From contig CAIOMD010000007.1 of assembly GCA_903859365.1 (NCBI GenBank), positions 477 to 64,476 on the forward strand: a stretch of DNA of 64,000 bases, given 5' to 3'. Origin of the DNA: an uncultured Candidatus Saccharibacteria bacterium (GTDB taxonomy: Bacteria; Patescibacteriota; Saccharimonadia; Saccharimonadales; CAIOMD01). Positions 37,659 to 45,223 of the stretch are shown here, piece by piece (within the stretch, counting starts at the first letter, position 1; each line of letters begins with the position of its first letter). The notes below the pieces were generated by a model. It ran no database searches. It had not been told where the DNA came from and was given only the letters and a program-made list of their open reading frames with translations. The position numbers and the translations under genes are program-made.

Positions 37659-37735
37659 GCGCCATTAGCTTAAAGGAAAAGCGCTGGAACGTGAATTTGT
37701 TTCCAGAGATGTAGGTTCGACTCCTATATGGTGCG
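37659..37735 (+). tRNA. tRNA-like cloverleaf with G3:U70 and an oversized anticodon loop (not a canonical decoding tRNA)
   Basis: The acceptor stem pairs GCGCCAT with ATGGTGC (7 bp including G3-U70). The D arm is GCTT-AAAGGAA-AAGC. The anticodon stem CTGGAA/TTCCAG encloses an 11-nt loop, CGTGAATTTGT. The T arm is GTAGG-TTCGACT-CCTAT. No CCA is encoded. Confidence 0.45.
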
Positions 37736-37926
37736 CGAGGCATACTCAGTGTCGTTTATACGAACAAGTATGCCCCAAGACGTGCTCTAAACTAGATTCC
37801 GACAGTCGAAATTTAGAGTACCAGGGATAGAGAAGCTTAGTTTTTTTGGTTTTTACCTCATTAGCTATGTTTCTCTATCCCGCCAATCTGCAGTTCCACA
37901 ATCGAACCTTGAAGGGGGTGATTATA

Positions 37927-38073
37927 GTGGCTTCCAACCAGGAAGAAGCTGTGCGTAGAGCATCGAGAGATGCCGGCATCGGTTCAAAGGAAGAGAAGGC
38001 AGCGTACGACGCTTACTGTGCTTCCATGCGCCGAGCCGGTCAAATTCCGAAGCAACTGCGCGACCTCCGATAA
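37927..38073 (+). CDS. possible small protein (48 aa) embedded in the GC-rich unit
   Basis: GTG 37927 lies 8 nt after a very strong SD-like AAGGGGGTGAT. The product would be (M)ASNQEEAVRRASRDAGIGSKEEKAAYDAYCASMRRAGQIPKQLRDLR. The stop sits inside the hairpin at 38063-38080. Coding status is uncertain. Confidence 0.3.
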   Translation: MASNQEEAVRRASRDAGIGSKEEKAAYDAYCASMRRAGQIPKQLRDLR

Positions 38074-38147
38074 TGGAGGTTTGAATAGACAATCTTTTGG
38101 GATTGATTTGGGCGGAAATACTGCTCAATCAGGTTACATCACCTGTT

Positions 38148-38197
38148 TGTTCTCAGAGTTCATAATGTAAATTGTGAATTGTGAGAACAGTTTTTTT
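38148..38197 (+). terminator. intrinsic terminator
   Basis: The stem TGTTCTCA/TGAGAACA has further inner pairing and is followed by G plus T7. Confidence 0.6.
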
Positions 38198-38235
38198 GCT
38201 AAAAACTTCATCCTTGCGTATGCTTAATATCGAGC

Positions 38236-40005
38236 ATGAGCGCAATTTGGAAAATAATCGTATTTAGCAAGTCACTATGGCGGTATTATGCCGGGATTAG
38301 TGTTTTAACTATTTTCTTAAGTATTGTTAATCTTTCGCAACCACTGCTTTCGGGTTGGGCTATTGATGAAATTGCTAAAGGCACCAAAGCGCATATTTCG
38401 TACGTACTTTGGGTAGCACTTGGTATCTTTGTGCTTGATTTATTGAGTACTGTATTTAGTAATGTTAGCGGTTATTTTGGTGATCAAATGAGCACTAAGC
38501 TGTATAGATTACTCGGCGTTAAATATTACGAACATCTTCTAACGCTACCCCAAGAGTATTTTGACACTGAACTCTCAGGTAAGATAATCAACGTTCAAAA
38601 TAGGTCAATTGTGCAGATTACTAATTTTATGAATATGCTTAGTAATAATTTTCTGCAATTCATCTTCAGCACTATTTTTGCGCTTGTGATAGTCGCTTAT
38701 TACAGTTGGCCTGTAGCTTTGATGCTCTTCTCGCTGTATCCGATTTACCTATTTTTAACCTTCAAGACGAGTAATATTTGGCAAGGATTCCAGCATAAGA
38801 AAAATCATCGATCGGATATTGCAACGGGAAGATTTGGTGAATCAATCTCACAAGTAAAAGTTGTTAAGAGTTTTATTCAAGAGGCCCGAGAAATTCTATT
38901 TTATAAGAAGCAGATGAACGAGATTGTTTCAATCAATAAGCCGCAGTCAAAATATTGGCATAAACGTGATACGCAACGAAGAATCATCCTTAATATTATT
39001 TTCTTTGCTGTTTATGCTTTTATTTTTACCCAAGCCGTCAAGGGAAAATTTAGTCCCGGAGAAGCTGTAGCGCTTATTCTGTATGCCATGCAAATTAGAA
39101 TCCCCATATTTACTATAAGTTTCCTCGTTGATAACACTCAACGCGCTATAGCAGATTCGAAAGATTATTTCGAAATTATGTCACTTGAGCCACGGATTAC
39201 TGATAAAGAACATGCAACTGAGTTAAATGTTAAAAAAGGTGAAATTAATTTTAATAACGTTTCCTTTGCGTATGATAAAAAGGATGTACTCAAAAATATT
39301 TCGTTTGACATTACTCCTGATACCAAAATAGCGTTAGTCGGTGAAAGCGGCGAAGGAAAAACAACTCTTACGAATTTGCTTATTCGATTGTATGAACCGC
39401 AATCAGGTACGATAACTATTGACGGTCAAAATATCCTTAACGTTACTCAAAAAAGTTTACGCGAAAATATTGGTGTTGTATTTCAAGATCCTGCACTGTT
39501 TAGCGGCACAATTTATGAAAATATCTCATATGCAAATGAGAAAGCAACAGAAAAAGAAGTTATTGCTGCTGCTAAAGCTGCAAATGCACACGAGTTTATC
39601 GAGAAATTCGATAAACAATATCAGACACAAATTGGTGAAAAAGGTTTGAAGCTAAGCGGCGGCCAAAAACAGCGAATTGCAATAGCTCGGGCATTACTTA
39701 AGAATGCGCCGATACTTATTTTAGATGAAGCTACATCAAGTCTTGATAGCCGTAGCGAAGGGTTGGTTCAAGAGGCACTCGATAGATTGATGCACGGAAG
39801 AACAACAGTGATAATCGCTCATCGATTAACAACAATTGCGCATGTTGATAAAATTATTACACTTAAAAACGGGCGAGTAGATGAAATAGGAACACCGTCT
39901 GAACTTGCAAAAACGAATGGTATTTACGCTCAATTACTTGCAATCAGTTCTAAGCAGGGCGAGATTGCTAAAAATAAATTAAAAGCTTACGAGATTGCTT
40001 CTTAA
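38236..40005 (+). CDS. ABC exporter, fused permease/ATPase (MsbA/multidrug type)
   Basis: It has six N-terminal TM helices, Walker A (GESGEGKTT), the signature LSGGQKQRIAIARAL and Walker B (ILILDEATS). Confidence 0.9.
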   Translation: MSAIWKIIVFSKSLWRYYAGISVLTIFLSIVNLSQPLLSGWAIDEIAKGTKAHISYVLWVALGIFVLDLLSTVFSNVSGYFGDQMSTKLYRLLGVKYYEHLLTLPQEYFDTELSGKIINVQNRSIVQITNFMNMLSNNFLQFIFSTIFALVIVAYYSWPVALMLFSLYPIYLFLTFKTSNIWQGFQHKKNHRSDIATGRFGESISQVKVVKSFIQEAREILFYKKQMNEIVSINKPQSKYWHKRDTQRRIILNIIFFAVYAFIFTQAVKGKFSPGEAVALILYAMQIRIPIFTISFLVDNTQRAIADSKDYFEIMSLEPRITDKEHATELNVKKGEINFNNVSFAYDKKDVLKNISFDITPDTKIALVGESGEGKTTLTNLLIRLYEPQSGTITIDGQNILNVTQKSLRENIGVVFQDPALFSGTIYENISYANEKATEKEVIAAAKAANAHEFIEKFDKQYQTQIGEKGLKLSGGQKQRIAIARALLKNAPILILDEATSSLDSRSEGLVQEALDRLMHGRTTVIIAHRLTTIAHVDKIITLKNGRVDEIGTPSELAKTNGIYAQLLAISSKQGEIAKNKLKAYEIAS

Positions 40006-40009
40006 TTGA

Positions 40010-40015
40010 TAGAAT
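40010..40015 (+). promoter_or_regulatory. -10-like box (TAGAAT)
   Basis: TAGAAT lies 7 nt upstream of ATG 40023. This may instead be read-through from the ABC gene. Confidence 0.3.
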
Positions 40016-40022
40016 TATAAGT

Positions 40023-42749
40023 ATGTCACTTCTAAAAAAGAAAAATAATAAACAAGAAAAACCCAATTGGTTAAGCAAACTAAGTTTATTTTTCTTTGAT
40101 AGACCTATTTTTTCAGCTACTCTTTGGTTGTTGATCGGAATTTTTGGAATCTTAAGCTATACCATTCTCTTAAGACGTGAAGGCTTTCCTCAGATCAGCA
40201 CTCCATATAGTACGGTAGCCGGTGCATATTTAGTTAACAATTCTGCAAAAGTTGATCATGATATCACGGGTCCAATTAGTCAAATTATTAGCAAAGTTTC
40301 TGGCGTAAGTACCGTATCAGCAACTGCTAACCCAAATTTTTACTCAATCGTTGTTCAATATAAAGAAGGCTATGATTCCACGAAAGGTAGTAATGATATT
40401 AAAGCAGCGGTTACGGCAGCACATATATTGCCAGCGACTGCCTCGGCAGCATTTCAGCCACTCGGTATTGGAAGTCCTAATGGCAAAACAGAAGACATTT
40501 TAATCTCTTTTTATAAACTAGATAATTCTGATTCAACTGCACAACTCACAAAGGTAGCCCAAGCGGCTGCAAAATATATGCAAAAAGCTGGGCACGCCCC
40601 AATGGCGCAGAGTTTTGCTGCTGACGATGTTTTTGTCTATGCGCCTGGAAGCGTGATAGGTGCGCAAAAAAACTTTGATCGTTATGTTTCCTCAAGTAAC
40701 GGTGTAGTTAACTCATATAATGCTGCAATAATTGGCGTTAAGGGAATTGCAAATTTTGATGCGTTAAAATTGGATACGCAACTCCGAACTTCTATACAGT
40801 ATCTTCTAATACAGTCTGCCTTTAAAGGTTATGGCGCAACCGTCAGTTTTTCTCCAGCTCCGGGGATAAAAACACAAATTTCTCAACTGCAAAAATCCCT
40901 TCTCGAGGGTCTTGCAGCAGTGTTTGTTTTAAGTGCATTGATTATAGCTTTCAGAGCGTCATTCATCACGGTCGGAGCAATGGCTTTCGTAATTTTGACT
41001 ACTCTGGGTGTGCTCTATGCATGGGGGTATTCACTAAATACGATAACCTTGTTCTCACTCATTCTGGCTCTTACCCTAATAGTCGATGACACAATTATTA
41101 TGGTAGAGGCGATTGATGCACAACGACGTAAAAGTGTAGACGCAAGAGAAGTGGTTATTGTTGCTACAAAAAAAATAAGTCGTGCAATGCTCGCAGCTAC
41201 ATCAGTAGCAGTTTTTGCTTTTTCGCCGCTAATTTTTGTGAATGGAATTCTTGGCCAATTCATTAGGGCAATCCCTGTCACCATCATCACGAGCCTTGTC
41301 GTTAGTTTACTCATTGCCTTAACCTTGATTCCTTTTATGGCAAAAGGATTACTGCTTCGAAAGAAACAACTTGGTAAAAATACTGAAGGCGAGTCAAAGG
41401 CTCATCACATGGAAGTGTTTGCTGCGCGAGCACTCGCACAACCACTTCGTTGGGCAAATCACAGTCGCCGACGTTTAGTAACCTTGGGAACCATATCGTT
41501 ATTCATAGGCCTTGGATTTATTGTTGCAGCAGGGATTGTTTTTCAAAAAGTAACTTTTAATATTTTTCCTCCGAGTAAAGACACTAACGGACTCACTGTT
41601 TCATTTGTTTACCCACCAGGAACTACCATTCAAAGAGCTCAACAGCTCGCTGATAAGGCTGACACAATCATAACGGCAACGCTCGGAAAGAATTTTCAGG
41701 ATGCAGCCTACTTCAATACTGGATCTTCTACTAGCAGTACTCTGCGGATCAATCTTATCCCCTATGATCAAAGGTCTATTACGGCGCCAGCTCTAAAAGC
41801 GCAACTCCAACAGCAACTCGACAGACGATTCAGAGAAGCAACGAGTGATGTTGAATTACAGGATGTCGCAGGGCCACCGGGGACATTTTCAGTAAGAATT
41901 GAAACTGACAATAGGGCACAAGGATTAGCGTTTGCTAATAATCTAAAAGGCTTTCTTTCAAAAGTCACGCTTAAGCGTACGAGTGGAGTTACCGCTCAAT
42001 TTAAATCCGTTACAATTAGTGACCCAGGTGTCTATTACCGGGCGAACGGTATTAGTTACATAGCAGTAACAGGATTATTCAAGGACTCCGATACAACAAC
42101 TCTAGATAACCTGTCCGAAACTGCGGTGAGCAATCATTACTCTAATGCAGATCTTGCAAAATATGGCTTAAGCCGCTCGCAAGTTAATTATTATTTAGGG
42201 TTTGAAGGACAAAACCAGAATTCATTCAAAGTATTACTGTACGCTTTTCCATTAGTATTATTATTTATTTACTTGTTATTAATTATCCAGTTCAAATCAC
42301 TTCTCCAGCCACTCCTTATTTTTATTGCAATTCCTTTTAGTCTTTTTGGAATAACACTTGGGCTATATCTTTCAAATAATGCGTTCAGCTTCTTTAGTCT
42401 TCTTGGGTTCTTTGCTCTACTTGGGCTGAGCATCAAAAATACTATTCTACTGACAGATTACGCTAATCAAGCTCGCCGGCAAGGTTTTCAGCCTGTAGAG
42501 TCAATGGCTCAAGCACTTGAGCAGCGTTTCAGACCACTTATTGCTACCAGTATCATCGCGATTATTTCTCTTACACCCCTAGCACTCACTAATCCATTTT
42601 GGCAGAGTCTTGCAGTTACGCTTATGGGCGGTCTCCTTTCAAGCACAATTTTGGTACTTGTTGCGTTTCCGTATTACTATCTCGGTGCAGAATTTTTGAG
42701 AATTCGTACAGCTAGATATTTTAAAAAGAAATTTTCCAAAAAGTCGTAG
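40023..42749 (+). CDS. RND-superfamily efflux permease (AcrB/AcrD/AcrF-like, short form)
   Basis: 908 aa. It has the typical N-terminus (FFFDRPIFSATLWLLIGIFG) and two 6-TM bundles with periplasmic-type loops. Confidence 0.85.
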   Translation: MSLLKKKNNKQEKPNWLSKLSLFFFDRPIFSATLWLLIGIFGILSYTILLRREGFPQISTPYSTVAGAYLVNNSAKVDHDITGPISQIISKVSGVSTVSATANPNFYSIVVQYKEGYDSTKGSNDIKAAVTAAHILPATASAAFQPLGIGSPNGKTEDILISFYKLDNSDSTAQLTKVAQAAAKYMQKAGHAPMAQSFAADDVFVYAPGSVIGAQKNFDRYVSSSNGVVNSYNAAIIGVKGIANFDALKLDTQLRTSIQYLLIQSAFKGYGATVSFSPAPGIKTQISQLQKSLLEGLAAVFVLSALIIAFRASFITVGAMAFVILTTLGVLYAWGYSLNTITLFSLILALTLIVDDTIIMVEAIDAQRRKSVDAREVVIVATKKISRAMLAATSVAVFAFSPLIFVNGILGQFIRAIPVTIITSLVVSLLIALTLIPFMAKGLLLRKKQLGKNTEGESKAHHMEVFAARALAQPLRWANHSRRRLVTLGTISLFIGLGFIVAAGIVFQKVTFNIFPPSKDTNGLTVSFVYPPGTTIQRAQQLADKADTIITATLGKNFQDAAYFNTGSSTSSTLRINLIPYDQRSITAPALKAQLQQQLDRRFREATSDVELQDVAGPPGTFSVRIETDNRAQGLAFANNLKGFLSKVTLKRTSGVTAQFKSVTISDPGVYYRANGISYIAVTGLFKDSDTTTLDNLSETAVSNHYSNADLAKYGLSRSQVNYYLGFEGQNQNSFKVLLYAFPLVLLFIYLLLIIQFKSLLQPLLIFIAIPFSLFGITLGLYLSNNAFSFFSLLGFFALLGLSIKNTILLTDYANQARRQGFQPVESMAQALEQRFRPLIATSIIAIISLTPLALTNPFWQSLAVTLMGGLLSSTILVLVAFPYYYLGAEFLRIRTARYFKKKFSKKS

Positions 42750-42823
42750 TTGATAATGCGACATATTATTAAGCATAGCTGTTTAAATCACTGCTATAAT
42801 TAAATGGTCTAAAAGGAGAAAAC

Positions 42824-43372
42824 ATGGCATCAACAACTCCTCGCTATCAGAGGGTAATTACATTTTTATTAGCAATCGGATTCTTGGCTTCATCGTTCGG
42901 AATAGCAGCATATTACATAATGTCCAATAGTAGTTCGAATTCGCAGCAAGCAGCAATAAATGCAGCAATAAATAAGCAAACTAATCAAGCAAAGGGGCCT
43001 AAATTGCAAGGAACACAATTACAAAACTTTACACCAGACGGAAATATCACGACACTAAAGACTGAAGATACTGTCGTAGGCACAGGAGCTACCGCACAAA
43101 AAGGTGATACTGTTACCGTTCAATACACTGGAGCTGTTGCAGCGACAGGAAAAATATTTCAAAGCTCATATGATAGTGGAGCTCCAGCACAATTAAGCCT
43201 TAATCAGGTTATTCAAGGTTGGGCAGACGGAATTCCGGGTATGAAAGTTGGTGGAACAAGACGTCTGTATATTCCTGCCGCTCAGGCATATGGTGCGAAT
43301 AGCCCTAGTCCAGATATTCCTGCTAACGCATCACTTATCTTCGATGTAGTGCTTATTAAAGTTGGAAAATAA
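42824..43372 (+). CDS. FKBP-type peptidyl-prolyl cis-trans isomerase, membrane anchored
   Basis: It has an N-terminal TM helix and the FKBP core GDTVTVQYTG...VIQGWADGIPGMKVGGTRRLYIP...LIFDVVLIKV. Confidence 0.85.
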   Translation: MASTTPRYQRVITFLLAIGFLASSFGIAAYYIMSNSSSNSQQAAINAAINKQTNQAKGPKLQGTQLQNFTPDGNITTLKTEDTVVGTGATAQKGDTVTVQYTGAVAATGKIFQSSYDSGAPAQLSLNQVIQGWADGIPGMKVGGTRRLYIPAAQAYGANSPSPDIPANASLIFDVVLIKVGK

Positions 43373-43447
43373 CCACATATAGCGTTATCAACACGCTAAT
43401 GGTACTATAAGACTATACAAAGTAAAGTTATTAAAGGAAAAAATACC

Positions 43448-43696
43448 ATGGTAAAAGACATCACAATTTATACAACTAATACCTGCGTTTATTGCGTTAT
43501 GGTAAAGAAGTGGCTTGGATCTAAAAATATTTCCTATAACGAAGTAAATCTTGATGTTAATCCTGAGCGAGCACAAGAACCAGTTGATTTAACAGGTCAA
43601 CTAGCGGTACCAGTTACAGTTGTTACAAAAGCTGATGATTCTAAAGAAGTTATCGTTGGTTATAACCTTGCTAAGCTAGCTCCAGCTGTAGCATAA
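43448..43696 (+). CDS. glutaredoxin/NrdH-like small redoxin
   Basis: 82 aa, with a CVYC active site in ITIYTTNTCVYCVMVKKWL. Confidence 0.8.
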   Translation: MVKDITIYTTNTCVYCVMVKKWLGSKNISYNEVNLDVNPERAQEPVDLTGQLAVPVTVVTKADDSKEVIVGYNLAKLAPAVA

Positions 43697-43715
43697 GAAA
43701 GAACTGAGAAAATCG

Positions 43716-44651
43716 GTGAAACAAAATGATTTAGTTATTATCGGTGCTGGCCCTACTGCGCTCACCGCAGCCATTTATACTACTCGCGAAGATATTGATA
43801 CCGTTCTTATCGAGAAAGGTGCAATTGGAGGTTTAATAGCAACAACTGATTGGGTAGATAATTATCCAGGATTTGTTGAGGGTATTTCAGGCCTTGATAT
43901 GGCTGATAGATTCCAAAAGCAAGCTGAACGATTTGGGGCAGTGATAGAGCTTGATGAAGTACTTGGTATTAAGCCGGTTGATAAACTTATTTCCGTTTCT
44001 ACAACTAGCGGAGAACGACTCGCAAAGGCGGTACTAATTGCCACTGGTAGTGATTACAAAAAACTAGGAATTCCCGGGGAGGATACCTACTACGCTCGTG
44101 GTGTGCATTACTGTGCGACTTGTGATGGTGCTTTTTATCGAGGTAAGAGACTTGTTGTTGTTGGCGGCGGCAACTCTGCCGTACAAGAGGCTTTATTTCT
44201 TACTAAATTTGCAACGCATATTGATTTATTAGTTCGAAGTACACTTAAGGCAAGTGATGTATTACTGCATGAACTTGAGCGAAATGATAAGATCACTGTC
44301 CATCTCGGAGTTGCGACTGATCAAATTATTGGTGATGAAACAAGGGTTACTAAAGTTTTAGGTTCTGATACGAAAACAAATAAACTAATTGAATTTGATA
44401 CAGATGGAGTTTTTGTTTTTATTGGTCTTAAGCCTACGGCGGAATTTTTGCGATCAACAGGAATTGATTTTGATTCAATTGGTTTTATTAAGACTGACGA
44501 AAATTTACGAACTTCGATCAAGGGCGTGTTTGCAGCTGGTGATGTTAGGAGTGGTGCTACGATGCAGGTTGCAAGTGCATGTGGTGAAGGTGCTACAGCA
44601 GCACTTCGAATTAGAGAATATCTGGAAGGGCATTCTCAGCAAGAAAAGTAG
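43716..44651 (+). CDS. trxB: thioredoxin-disulfide reductase
   Basis: It has GAGPTALTAAIY FAD binding, a CATCDG redox centre and GGGNSAVQEA NADPH binding. GTG start. Confidence 0.9.
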   Translation: MKQNDLVIIGAGPTALTAAIYTTREDIDTVLIEKGAIGGLIATTDWVDNYPGFVEGISGLDMADRFQKQAERFGAVIELDEVLGIKPVDKLISVSTTSGERLAKAVLIATGSDYKKLGIPGEDTYYARGVHYCATCDGAFYRGKRLVVVGGGNSAVQEALFLTKFATHIDLLVRSTLKASDVLLHELERNDKITVHLGVATDQIIGDETRVTKVLGSDTKTNKLIEFDTDGVFVFIGLKPTAEFLRSTGIDFDSIGFIKTDENLRTSIKGVFAAGDVRSGATMQVASACGEGATAALRIREYLEGHSQQEK

Positions 44652-44653
44652 AA

Positions 44654-45223
44654 ATGAAGAAGAATTTTTTCCTATTCTTCCTTATATGCATATTAGTAGG
44701 TGGTAGTTATCTTACCTTTAATTATTTTAATACGCATAAATCTCTTAATTTGAGTAAAGTAACCACAACACAAAATGCTGCACAAAATCCTGCGAGCGAT
44801 CAAACAGTGGGAGCTTTACTTTCAAGTTATAGTGACTTGTCTATTTTTACAAACTCGTTAAAGCAAACAAATCTAGATAAATTATTGACTGGCCCTGGGC
44901 CCTATACTGTTTTAGCTCCCACCAATGAAGCGTTCAGTTTATTACCGCCAGGATCATTTAATTATTTACAACAAGCTCAGAATACCCTTATATTTAAGCA
45001 ATTTTTAGAGTATCAGATTGCGCAAGGCAGTGTTACGACAAATCTCATGGCAAACAGGGGTCATCTAATGACTTTAAATGGCCAAGAAGCAATTGAAACT
45101 GTTGAAGGTAATAATTTTTCTCTTTTGGACGCAAAAGGAAATAGAGTACTTATTTTAAAATCTAATATCCGAGCTAAAAATGGTGTGCTTCATATAATGA
45201 GTAAAGTGTTATTGCCGCAATAG
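44654..45223 (+). CDS. fasciclin (FAS1) domain protein, secreted/anchored
   Basis: It has an N-terminal hydrophobic segment, then TVLAPTNEAF and NGVLHIMSKVLLP FAS1 motifs. Confidence 0.8.
   Translation: MKKNFFLFFLICILVGGSYLTFNYFNTHKSLNLSKVTTTQNAAQNPASDQTVGALLSSYSDLSIFTNSLKQTNLDKLLTGPGPYTVLAPTNEAFSLLPPGSFNYLQQAQNTLIFKQFLEYQIAQGSVTTNLMANRGHLMTLNGQEAIETVEGNNFSLLDAKGNRVLILKSNIRAKNGVLHIMSKVLLPQ

Larger units (their letters stand above)
37604..38197 (+). ncRNA. candidate large structured RNA / unusual transcription unit (unclassified)
   Basis: The unit is bounded by the promoter above and the terminator at 38148-38197. GC is about 52% over 37921-38100 by my count. Nested complementarity includes a 14-nt perfect pair (37639-52/38134-47), an 11-bp pair (37824-34/37871-81), a 10-bp pair (37782-91/37812-21), a 7-bp pair (37739-45/37768-74), a 6-bp pair (37890-95/38054-59) and a GNRA-capped hairpin (37960-73). 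Confidence 0.4.

Noticed and set aside
37969-37980. A perfect 12-nt palindrome, GATGCCGGCATC, as a possible protein-binding operator or restriction-type site
   Set aside because: It is a single occurrence inside the structured region. It is more simply explained as one strand of alternative hairpins (it overlaps the GAGA-capped stem), and there is no partner half-site or adjacent regulator.
37918-38073. Small ORF as ribosomal protein bS21. The N-terminal pattern V-I-x-V-x-x-N…A-V-R-R-x-x-R…A-G-I resembles the start of bS21.
   Set aside because: The predicted protein is only weakly basic (about +3 net) and lacks the Lys/Arg-rich C-terminal tail typical of bS21. The GTG/TTG starts needed to include the V-I-I-V residues have no usable SD spacing. 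The resemblance may be chance, so it is left as unassigned.
37846-38073. The 75-aa ATG-initiated version of the ORF given in the six-frame track
   Set aside because: ATG 37846 lies inside the loop of the 11-bp helix and a T-rich tract, with no SD. The N-terminal 27 residues look like translated non-coding sequence. Only the SD-led GTG 37927 version is plausible, and even that is uncertain.
37604-38197. Standard or permuted tmRNA (ssrA). Cues were the GGTTCGACTCC T-loop, a G3:U70 acceptor pair, and a GGGGGTGATT...GGCTTCCAAC stretch at 37914 resembling a tmRNA 5' end.
   Set aside because: Both acceptor strands lie only 75 nt apart and enclose a full D arm and anticodon-type arm, so the fold is a cloverleaf, not a tmRNA tRNA-like domain. 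The sequence after the T arm (ATGGTGC) cannot pair with GGGGGTG. No tag-like frame ending in hydrophobic/Ala residues was found, and nothing resembling a T arm precedes the 3' ATCACC. A permuted form cannot be fully excluded without ARAGORN/Infernal.
37604-38197. RNase P RNA, SRP RNA or 6S RNA
   Set aside because: I could not find the universally conserved RNase P blocks (GAGGAAAGTCC, ACAGAA-N-GGCTTA) or the SRP helix-8 core (GGAAGCAGCC with a GNAR loop). At about 590 nt the unit is far longer than 6S or 4.5S RNA.
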